DNA from: a virus
Lineage: Duplodnaviria > Caudoviricetes
Virus record (IMG/VR): IMGVR_UViG_3300017700_000356
Span: 1-45,638 of that record
DNA: 45,638 nt
Direction: 5' to 3' (one strand)
This document shows, piece by piece, positions 34,775-42,935 of the stretch. Position 1 is the first letter of the stretch, and every line of letters begins with the position of its first letter. Below the pieces are notes generated by a model. It had not been told where the DNA came from, ran no database searches, and worked only from the letters and a program-made list of their open reading frames with translations. Both the position numbers and the translations under genes were made by a program.

Positions 34775-35284
34775 ATGGCCCTGATCATCGAAGACGGCTC
34801 GATTGTTGCCAACGCAGACAGCTATGTGACTGTTGCAGAGTTCCGCGCCTACGCGACCAAGCGTGGCGTGACAACCCTGCCGGTTGACGATGCCGACTGT
34901 GAACCGCTGTTGATCCGGGCCATGGATTACCTTGCGACCTTGGAAGATCGCTTCAAAGGCTGCCGCGTGTCGGCCGATCAAATGTTGTCGTGGCCGCGCA
35001 AGAACGTGTATATCTTCGGCAACCTATACCCGTATACGAGCATTCCGCCGCAGCTCAAAGCCGGGCAGTGCATCCTTGCCATGGCGGCAATGACCATCGA
35101 GCTACAGCCCACAGTCGATCCATCCAACGCGAACATCAAGCGCGACAAGACGGGGCCGCTTGAAACAGAGTTCTTCGGCCCCGGCGACGGTGCCTATTCA
35201 CAACCGATCATCACCGCAGCAGAGACGGCCATGGCTGCCATCATGCAGGGTGGCGCCTTCACCGTTACGGTTGATCGAGCATGA
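34775..35284 (+). CDS. Head-tail adaptor (DnaT-like family)
   Basis: MALIIEDGSIVANADSYVT...QMLSWPR. Confidence 0.85.
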   Translation: MALIIEDGSIVANADSYVTVAEFRAYATKRGVTTLPVDDADCEPLLIRAMDYLATLEDRFKGCRVSADQMLSWPRKNVYIFGNLYPYTSIPPQLKAGQCILAMAAMTIELQPTVDPSNANIKRDKTGPLETEFFGPGDGAYSQPIITAAETAMAAIMQGGAFTVTVDRA

Positions 35285-35655
35285 CAATATACACCGGCAG
35301 CATCGAACGTGCCCGCGCCAGCATCGCCAAGAAAGGCGATCTCTGCACTTGGCGTCAATGGGACGTTGACGCGGGCACAACCGATTGGACCGAAGACGAA
35401 GCCAGCACGTTCACGGACTATGCCTGCAAGATTGTGTTCTTCCCGTTCAACGGGTTCAACAAGATGACGTTTCAGCAGGTTGCCGGTGATGTCGAACGGT
35501 ATTCGTCATATGGTCTGATGGTCCCGGCTGGCTTCACGCCCAAGCTGCGCGATCTCGTCATCAGGTCTGATGGCACGACCATGAAGCCGATGGGGCTTGA
35601 CGAGCTGAAGCCGGGCGCTGAAGTCGTGCTTTACACGCTAGGGTTCGTCGGATGA
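35281..35655 (+). CDS. Head closure/stopper protein
   Basis: Position and size. Confidence 0.65.
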   Translation: MTIYTGSIERARASIAKKGDLCTWRQWDVDAGTTDWTEDEASTFTDYACKIVFFPFNGFNKMTFQQVAGDVERYSSYGLMVPAGFTPKLRDLVIRSDGTTMKPMGLDELKPGAEVVLYTLGFVG

Positions 35656-36101
35656 CAACAACGTATCCCGCCGCCATTGACGAAATGTTCAATCTGTTCA
35701 AGGCGACGCTTGCGGCGACGCTCGCCAGTGTGGGCATCAACCCCGGCGACGTTGTCGTGCGGTATTTCGGCCGTGATCTAGAGACGGTGCCACCCGTCAA
35801 CAAGTTCATGGTTGAAGTATCGCAGCTCACGAGCACGGACAGGCAGACCGGGTTTGGTGTTTCGACAAGGCTCTATACAGCAACAGGCACGCTCTACATG
35901 AAAGTCTTCGCCCCACAGGTCGGGGCGAATAACTACCGCAAAGGCCAACAGCTCGCAGACGGGCTGAAAAAGGGCTTTCGCCCGCGTCAGACAGCGGGTA
36001 GTGTCTGGTATAGGCAAGCAAGGGTTCAAGAGTTGTTGCCCGAAAAAGGCGCTTATCGCTTCAACGTCTCCGCTGATTACACCTACGATGAAAGGCAATA
36101 A
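35652..36101 (+). CDS. Tail terminator protein
   Basis: Position before the tail tube; GTLYMKVFAP pattern. Confidence 0.7.
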   Translation: MTTTYPAAIDEMFNLFKATLAATLASVGINPGDVVVRYFGRDLETVPPVNKFMVEVSQLTSTDRQTGFGVSTRLYTATGTLYMKVFAPQVGANNYRKGQQLADGLKKGFRPRQTAGSVWYRQARVQELLPEKGAYRFNVSADYTYDERQ

Positions 36102-36103
36102 CC

Positions 36104-37621
36104 ATGGCCCTTGTTAACAAGATCGACAGCAACGTCACCGGCCTGTCATACGCCAAGGAAACCTCGCTTGGCGTGTTGCCTGTCACCCCTGTTTGGGTGC
36201 CATTGGAGCCCAACGGCTACGATGACTTCGGCGGCGAACTCACGACCATTGCGCGCAACCCGATCAACCCCGGCCGGCAGCGCAAGAAAGGTGTTGTCAC
36301 CGATCTTGACGCCAGCGGCGGCTTTGAAACCGACTTGACGCAAACGAACATGCAGGAGCCGCTTGAAAGCTTCATGTTCGCGCAGCTCCGCAAGAAGTCC
36401 GATCTTGCCGTCACGACGGTCACGGCTTCGTCTGATACCTACACCGTCGCGGCACTCGGCGCCGGGTTCTTCGCCAACGATCTCTTGTTCGGCAAGGACT
36501 TCGCACAGAACGCCAACAACGGCGTGCATCTTGTCGCCAGTTCGACAGGCACCACGGTTGTCGTCGGTGACGGCACGGTGAACGACACCACCGGCAACAT
36601 CACCCGCGTCGGCCATCAGTTCGCGAGCGCTGATGTCAGCATTGACGTTTCGGGCGATTGGCCGGCGCTTGTCAGCGTCGCCAAGAACCTCACACAGCTT
36701 GGCTTGATCCCCGGCGAATGGATTTACATTGGCGGTGATCTCACGGCCGAAAAGTTCGCCGGGGCCGCCAACAACGGTTGGGCCTGCGTCAAGTCGGTTG
36801 CCACCAACCGCATCGAGTTCCACAAGACAGAAGCGGTCATGACCACCGATGCCGGCACCGGCAAGACGATCCGCGTCTTCTTTGGTCGCGTGCTGAAAAA
36901 CGAAGTCGGCGCCAACATCGTTCGCACCACGTTGCAGCTCGAAAGGCAGCTTGGCGCACCCGATGACAGCAACCTTTCCGCTATTCAGTCGGAATACCTT
37001 GTCGGCGCCGTCGCCAACGAACTCGAAATGAACATCAACACGGCGGACAAGGTCACGCTGTCGCTTGGCTTCATCGCCACCGACAACGAACAGCGCACGG
37101 CGACCGATGGCCTGAAGACGGGCACCCGGCCTTCGGTCGTGGAAAGCGACGCCTTCAACACGTCAACCGACGTGAAGCGGATCAAGCTTTCCAGCTACGT
37201 TGACGGCGACGCTGCGCCGGCACCGCTCTTCGCATATGTGCAAGAGCTGTCGCTGACGATCAACAACAACTGTGAACCCAACAAGGCCATCGGCAAGTTG
37301 GGCGCGTTCGATGTCACGGCCGGGACGTTCGAAGTCACGGCCAACCTGACGGCCTACTTCGCGGACATCGAAGCGGTGCAGCTCGTGCGCGAGAACGCCG
37401 ACACAACGCTTGACTTCCAGCTTGTCAAAGACAACGCTGGCATCGCCTTCGATCTTCCGATGCTGACGCTTGGCGATGGCCGGCTTGACGTGTCGCAAGA
37501 TGAAGCGATCACCCTGCCCTTGACCGTGGATGCGGCCACCGGCGCGAAGTTCGATGTCAACATGAACCACACCCTGTTGATGGTGTTCTTCGACTACCTT
37601 CCCAACGCAGCCGGGGCGTAA
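36104..37621 (+). CDS. Major tail tube protein
   Basis: KIDSNVTGLSYAKE..FGGELTTIARNPINPGRQRKKG.VTDLDASGGF. Confidence 0.9.
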   Translation: MALVNKIDSNVTGLSYAKETSLGVLPVTPVWVPLEPNGYDDFGGELTTIARNPINPGRQRKKGVVTDLDASGGFETDLTQTNMQEPLESFMFAQLRKKSDLAVTTVTASSDTYTVAALGAGFFANDLLFGKDFAQNANNGVHLVASSTGTTVVVGDGTVNDTTGNITRVGHQFASADVSIDVSGDWPALVSVAKNLTQLGLIPGEWIYIGGDLTAEKFAGAANNGWACVKSVATNRIEFHKTEAVMTTDAGTGKTIRVFFGRVLKNEVGANIVRTTLQLERQLGAPDDSNLSAIQSEYLVGAVANELEMNINTADKVTLSLGFIATDNEQRTATDGLKTGTRPSVVESDAFNTSTDVKRIKLSSYVDGDAAPAPLFAYVQELSLTINNNCEPNKAIGKLGAFDVTAGTFEVTANLTAYFADIEAVQLVRENADTTLDFQLVKDNAGIAFDLPMLTLGDGRLDVSQDEAITLPLTVDAATGAKFDVNMNHTLLMVFFDYLPNAAGA

Positions 37622-37652
37622 GCCCCGGTATTGCTCAACAAGAGGCGACAAC

Positions 37653-38081
37653 ATGAGTTTGTTCACACAGTTCAAGACCGACGTGGAGCTTGAACAGCAG
37701 GGCGTTTGGCTGAACTTCGGCACTGTCGAAATCAAGGTTGCCCGTTCGGGCGGCGGCAATGTCGAGTTCGCCAAGGTTTCGGCGCGGTATTTCGAGCCGC
37801 ATCGCCGTGCCTTGGAGCTGAAAATCTTGGATGAAGCTGTTGCGTTGGCAGCTTTGATTGAGATTTTCGCGGACTGCGTCATCCTCGCGTGGCGCACCAA
37901 GACGCCCGATGGCTACATTGACACCATCGAGGGGCCGTCAGGCGAGCAACTGTCCTTCAACAAGCCCAACGTAGTCATGGTGATGTCTGCGATCCCGGAG
38001 CTGTTCCGACTTGTTCGGCAGTATTCGGAAGACTGGCAGAACTACAAGGCGTCGTTGCGGGAGATCGCAACAAAAAACTAG
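37653..38081 (+). CDS. Tail assembly chaperone (G)
   Basis: MSLFTQFKTD..LEQQGVW; ends at a slippery AAAAAAC. Confidence 0.85.
   Translation: MSLFTQFKTDVELEQQGVWLNFGTVEIKVARSGGGNVEFAKVSARYFEPHRRALELKILDEAVALAALIEIFADCVILAWRTKTPDGYIDTIEGPSGEQLSFNKPNVVMVMSAIPELFRLVRQYSEDWQNYKASLREIATKN
38072..38078 (+). other. -1 programmed ribosomal frameshift site A-AAA-AAC
   Basis: XXXYYYZ heptamer before TAG, with a downstream stem; -1 frame open to 38488. Confidence 0.8.
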
Positions 38082-38488
38082 TAGCGGTCCTGCTCTACAC
38101 TTTGGAGCAAGGGCCGGTAGAACGCCAGATCATCAAGGATGCAGCGCGTATGCGAATGCCGCTGCCTGACAAGATCAAGAATGCTCCAAACCTGTTGCCG
38201 GGTTTGGAGCTTTACTTTATCGGCTACGAAGAACTTGTTGCGTTTCGGACTGCCCACACAGACCGCAGCGCGCTAGTGTGGGCAGATGTTCATGAGTATG
38301 CCAAGCACTTCAACTTCAGCGACGACCAACGCACTGACTTCATGCACTACGCTCGCGAAATGGAACGTGCGTTTGTGATGTGGCAGCGAAAGAAACAAGG
38401 GAAGGGTGGCAACGGTGGCCGAACAAACCCTAAAGCAACTTTCGCAGCGCATTCTAAAACTAAGCAAGCGGATCGAACCAAACGCTAA
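38078..38488 (+). CDS. Tail assembly chaperone frameshift extension (G-T)
   Basis: -1 frame reads LVAVLLYTLEQGPVERQ... Confidence 0.75.
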   Translation, partial: LVAVLLYTLEQGPVERQIIKDAARMRMPLPDKIKNAPNLLPGLELYFIGYEELVAFRTAHTDRSALVWADVHEYAKHFNFSDDQRTDFMHYAREMERAFVMWQRKKQGKGGNGGRTNPKATFAAHSKTKQADRTKR

Positions 38489-38837
38489 CGAGATCACCAA
38501 AGCTGCGGGCAAAGCCTTCATCAATGAAGTCGTGGATGGTGCGCCTGTCGATACGGGCTTGACCGTGTCTAGCTGGAAAGTTGGGCTGAACTATAAGCCC
38601 GTTGGGACTAGGATTTTCGCGCCGGGTGTGAAAGGATCGACCGCGCAGGCGAACAGAGACGCAGTCAAGGCCGCCGTTTTCGCAACCATTGATAAGCGTG
38701 TTACAGGGCAGACAATGAGTTTCACCAACTCAACGCCTTATCTGAAATACATCAATGGTGGTGATTATCAGCGTTATATTGATAGCGCCTTGGATCGTGC
38801 CAAGGATGCGGTTAGGTCGCGAAAGATACTAGAATGA
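38406..38837 (+). CDS. HK97 gp10-like tail completion protein
   Basis: APVDTGLTVSSW...NSTPYLKYIN. Confidence 0.75.
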   Translation: MATVAEQTLKQLSQRILKLSKRIEPNANEITKAAGKAFINEVVDGAPVDTGLTVSSWKVGLNYKPVGTRIFAPGVKGSTAQANRDAVKAAVFATIDKRVTGQTMSFTNSTPYLKYINGGDYQRYIDSALDRAKDAVRSRKILE

Positions 38838-41404
38838 GCGAAGATGTCGTAATCAACATCTTTCAGAAAGGCGCCGATGTCGCCGCTGATCAGCTTGCCG
38901 AACTAGCCGTTAGCGCTGACAAGGCGTCAACGTCAACGGATGCGCTTACCGGTAAGGTCAAGCAGACATTCGAGACGACCGACAAGCTGACGGGTGCGAC
39001 GCGCAAGGTCGTTGTCGAGAACGGCAAGCTTGTCAGCGCGACAGAGCTTGCCACCAAGTCAATCACCAAACAGGACACGGCCACGGCCGCGCTCGCCAAG
39101 TCGCAAAGCAGCGCAACGACCGCGTCGGCGCTGCTGGCTAAGGCTGCGGGTGCGCTCGCCACTGCCTTCAGCGTCAAGAGCATCATCGAGGGCGCCGACG
39201 CTTGGACAAGCTACGCCAACCAATTGCGAGCTGCGGGCGTTGCCAGCAAGGACTTGGAAAAGACGCAGTCAACCGTTGCCGACATCGCGCGGCGTGCCAA
39301 CACCGATCTTGGCGCCACCAATGAGCTTTACGCCAGCCTGACGCGGAACGCCAAGGGGCTTCGGGCTTCGACTGCTGATGTCGGGACCGTCACCGAAACC
39401 ATCAGCAAGGCGTTCGCCCTGTCCGGTGCATCGGCTTCGTCGGCCAAGGGTGCGATAACGCAGCTCAACCAAGCGTTCGCGTCTGGCGTGCTGCGCGGTG
39501 ACGAGTTCAACAGCGTGATGGAACAAGCCCCGGTGCTCGCGCGCATCATGGCGAAAGAGTTCACCGGATCGGCCGACGCGACCGACAGGCTGCGCGCCAT
39601 GGCCGAACGTGGCGAGATCAGCACCAAGCGCCTGTTCGATGCGATCCGCAAAGGCGCGGTTGACATCAACAAGGCGTTCGGCCAATCGACCACCACCGTC
39701 GCGCAGGCGATCACCAATCTTAACACGTCTTGGCAACAGTATATCGGCAACACGAACAACGCCACCGGGGCGACGGCCGTGCTTGCCAACCTGATCAATC
39801 TCATTGGCGCCAACATCAAACCCATTGCCGACAGCATCCTTGTCGCTGCGGCGGCATGGGGTGTCTACCGGGTGGCCGTGACCGCTGTGGCCGTCGCACA
39901 GGGGGCCTTGAACGTGGTGATGGCCGCCAGCCCGCTAGGTCTGTTCGCCATTGTCGTCGGAACGGCTGTGGCGGCGTTTGTGGCCTTCCTCGCGAGCACA
40001 GAAGCCGGCCGGGCGAAGCTCGTGGAGTTCGGAACGGCGGCCCTCGCGGCGCTGAAGAGTGTGGGCACCTTCGTTGTCGAGGCCGTCACATGGTTCGGGC
40101 AGTTGCTCGTCTCGATTGACACCACGTTCACCGCTTTCGGGATGACTGTCGCGAACAGCTTTGCCAGTGCTTACGAGACTGTTGCCGGATGGTTTGCATC
40201 AGTCGGCAAGTTGTTCACCGAAACGTTGCCGAACAGCGTGATGGCCGGCTTGAACCTTGTGACAGAGTTCTTCACGTCGTCTTGGACAAGGATTAAAGAC
40301 TTTGTCATGGGGATCGTTGACAGCATCGTCAGCGCCTTCAACGGCTTTGTCGATACTGTCAAGCGTGCATTGTCGGCCCTTGTCAGCGCGGCGAAGGCAG
40401 CAGCCAACGCCGTTGGCCTTGGCGGTGGTGGCGGCAGCGATGCAGGCATTGCCGGCGCACGAGCTTCAGGCGGCCCGGTTGCCGCTGGCAAGAAGTATCT
40501 TGTTGGCGAGAACGGCCCCGAACTCTTTGTGCCGGGTGGTAACGGTAGCATCATCCCGAACGGCACCGCGACGCAGGTTGCCAGCGCTTCTAACGATAAC
40601 AACCAAAGTTCAACCCGTGCATTCGAGCTGCTTACAGATGCGGTCACGGCTGCAACTGTGGTGCCCTTTAAGTCGCTTACCGATCTTGGCCGGGAAACCA
40701 ACAGGCTGCTTGGCGAGTTGGTCACTGCGGCGCAAGCAACAGCATCGGCGGCGGCTGCGTCGGCTTCGGCTGCTGCCGGCAATGGCATGTCTGCCATCAA
40801 CAACTTCGGCAACACGGGTGGTTTCAGCGAACAGACATCGAGCCCGGCCACGGCGGCCGTTACGTCGGGTGGCACTGCGTTTATGAATTACGCGCCAACC
40901 AACACGGGTGGCGGTGGTGGCAGCGGTGCTTCGTTGGAAGGTTACGTTAAGCAGTTGCTTAACCTGAACGAACGTTACGTCAACAATTCATGGTTGGGTG
41001 GCGAAAGCGCGCCTAATACCAAGTTCGCCAAGAAGGCCGTCACGGACTTCATCGCCGCCATTCCGGGCGGCATGTCGGATGCCGTAGTTGCGGCTGCCCG
41101 GCGCGCTCGTGGCACGGTTGGGGCCGGCTATCCCATGGCCTTCAGGTCGGGCGGGCAGTTCACCGTTGGGGGCTCGACAGGCGCCGACAGCAAGGTTATC
41201 CCGATGCGTCTGTCGCCGGGTGAACAGGTTGACGTTCGCACGCGGGCGCAGGTTGCGAACGATGCAGGCGCCGTGCAGGCCGGCACCAACAACACGTTCA
41301 TTTTCAAGATCGAGACGAAAGACGCGGACAGCTTTAAGCGTTCTGAAAAGCAGGTGTTGCGTGACTTCGCCCGCAAAGTCGTCGCCGCCAACGGGAAGAA
41401 CTAA
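38834..41404 (+). CDS. Tape measure protein
   Basis: QLNQAFASGVLRGDEFNSVMEQAP; RASGGPV..YLVGENGPELF. Confidence 0.95.
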   Translation: MSEDVVINIFQKGADVAADQLAELAVSADKASTSTDALTGKVKQTFETTDKLTGATRKVVVENGKLVSATELATKSITKQDTATAALAKSQSSATTASALLAKAAGALATAFSVKSIIEGADAWTSYANQLRAAGVASKDLEKTQSTVADIARRANTDLGATNELYASLTRNAKGLRASTADVGTVTETISKAFALSGASASSAKGAITQLNQAFASGVLRGDEFNSVMEQAPVLARIMAKEFTGSADATDRLRAMAERGEISTKRLFDAIRKGAVDINKAFGQSTTTVAQAITNLNTSWQQYIGNTNNATGATAVLANLINLIGANIKPIADSILVAAAAWGVYRVAVTAVAVAQGALNVVMAASPLGLFAIVVGTAVAAFVAFLASTEAGRAKLVEFGTAALAALKSVGTFVVEAVTWFGQLLVSIDTTFTAFGMTVANSFASAYETVAGWFASVGKLFTETLPNSVMAGLNLVTEFFTSSWTRIKDFVMGIVDSIVSAFNGFVDTVKRALSALVSAAKAAANAVGLGGGGGSDAGIAGARASGGPVAAGKKYLVGENGPELFVPGGNGSIIPNGTATQVASASNDNNQSSTRAFELLTDAVTAATVVPFKSLTDLGRETNRLLGELVTAAQATASAAAASASAAAGNGMSAINNFGNTGGFSEQTSSPATAAVTSGGTAFMNYAPTNTGGGGGSGASLEGYVKQLLNLNERYVNNSWLGGESAPNTKFAKKAVTDFIAAIPGGMSDAVVAAARRARGTVGAGYPMAFRSGGQFTVGGSTGADSKVIPMRLSPGEQVDVRTRAQVANDAGAVQAGTNNTFIFKIETKDADSFKRSEKQVLRDFARKVVAANGKN

Positions 41405-41407
41405 GCC

Positions 41408-42004
41408 ATGGCCTTTGACGATGTCAGGTTGCCCGAAGAGGTCGAACGCGAAAGCATGTCGATCCCGCGTTTTCAGACAACCGTTGTCACGCTTGGCAAG
41501 GGGGCTGAACAGCGCAATGTCGATTGGGCGCAGCAGCGTTTGAAGTTCGACATCAGCTATGGCATTCAAAGCAAGGCCGACTTCGATGATGTCGTGCAGT
41601 TCTTCTATGCTCGACTTGGCCGGGCGCGTGGCTTCAGGTTCAAGGATTGGTCGGACTTCGAAGCCGCCAACACACAAATCGGTGTTGGCGACGGCGTGAC
41701 AACTGCGTTTCAGTTGAGCAAGCGCTACACGAGCGTTGTGACCTATGTGCGCAAAATCCTGTGTCCGGTTACAGGCACGGTGCAGGCGTTCGTTAACGGT
41801 GTGCCCACAGGCGCCAGCGTGAACTACGCCACCGGCATCATCACAATAAGCCCGGCTCCTATCGCTGCGGCGGTGGTCGCGGCTACGTTCGAATTTGACG
41901 TGCCGGTGCGGTTCAACAGCGACGAATTGCAACTGTCTGTCGCGACATGGGACGCCGCGTCAATCGGCAGCATCGAGCTTGTTGAATTGCCGACGCGGGA
42001 CTAA
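41408..42004 (+). CDS. Distal tail protein (DUF2460, GTA-like)
   Basis: FFYARLGRARGFRFKDWSDF...FEFDVPVRF. Confidence 0.92.
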   Translation: MAFDDVRLPEEVERESMSIPRFQTTVVTLGKGAEQRNVDWAQQRLKFDISYGIQSKADFDDVVQFFYARLGRARGFRFKDWSDFEAANTQIGVGDGVTTAFQLSKRYTSVVTYVRKILCPVTGTVQAFVNGVPTGASVNYATGIITISPAPIAAAVVAATFEFDVPVRFNSDELQLSVATWDAASIGSIELVELPTRD

Positions 42005-42007
42005 GCC

Positions 42008-42934
42008 ATGCAAAACCTCAACAACAACATGGATGTTGCCTTGCTTCAGGGCACAACATACCTGTGCCGCATTTGGAAGTTGGTGTTGACGAACGGCCAA
42101 GAGTTCCGCTTTACCGATCTCGACACAGACGTTGTCTATGATAACGAGCTATATAGCTACGATCCGGGCGTGCTCGTGTCATCAATCGTCATGTCGAGCG
42201 GCGGGCAATCCGACAACGCGCAGATTGAAGTCACCACGGCTGCGGCCTTCCTGTCGCAAAATCGCATCCGTCAGGGCGCGTTGAAGAACGCCACCTTTGA
42301 TATGTGGGCTGTGGATCATCGCGACCCTGACTTCTATGGCCTTATCCCGCTCTTCAGCGGCGGCACGGCTACAACAAAGTTCAACAACAAGGGCCGGGTT
42401 GACATTGGCCTGAACAGCGACATTGGCGGTGGCAGCAGTTCACGGATTGGCGAGCTGTATCAACGCCAGTGCCGGGCGCAGTTGGGCGACGCTCGATGCA
42501 AGATCGATCTAGAAGCCATCAAGGTCGCGTTCACAATCGACACGATCACAGACAACGGTTACGGCTTCACGGCTTCCGAACTTGTCGGGACCGCTGACGG
42601 TCGGTTGAAGTTCGGCAAGGTCATTTGGACAGGTGGCCTGAACGATACGATGCAAGACGAGATCAAGGCCAACACGAGCGCGACAGGCAAGGCGGTGCTG
42701 TCGCTATATCCGCGCAACCCGCTCGTGATCGGGGACACCGGTTTTGCCTATCCCGGCTGCGATTTTCAGGTTACGACTTGCGGTGACAAGTTCGGCAATC
42801 TCGCGAACTTCAGGGGTGAACCATATGTGCCGCCGCCGACGATCACCGTCTTCAGCGGATCGCTTGGCGACCTTCAGGCCCGGCAAGAATACTATCATGA
42901 AGCTGCGTTCGGCATCATCCCAAGGTTGAACTAA
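42008..42934 (+). CDS. Tail hub protein (DUF2163/BR0599, GTA-like)
   Basis: FRFTDLD; CRAQLGDARC; PGCD..TC..KFGNLANFRGEPYVP. Confidence 0.92.
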   Translation: MQNLNNNMDVALLQGTTYLCRIWKLVLTNGQEFRFTDLDTDVVYDNELYSYDPGVLVSSIVMSSGGQSDNAQIEVTTAAAFLSQNRIRQGALKNATFDMWAVDHRDPDFYGLIPLFSGGTATTKFNNKGRVDIGLNSDIGGGSSSRIGELYQRQCRAQLGDARCKIDLEAIKVAFTIDTITDNGYGFTASELVGTADGRLKFGKVIWTGGLNDTMQDEIKANTSATGKAVLSLYPRNPLVIGDTGFAYPGCDFQVTTCGDKFGNLANFRGEPYVPPPTITVFSGSLGDLQARQEYYHEAAFGIIPRLN

Positions 42935-42935
42935 G

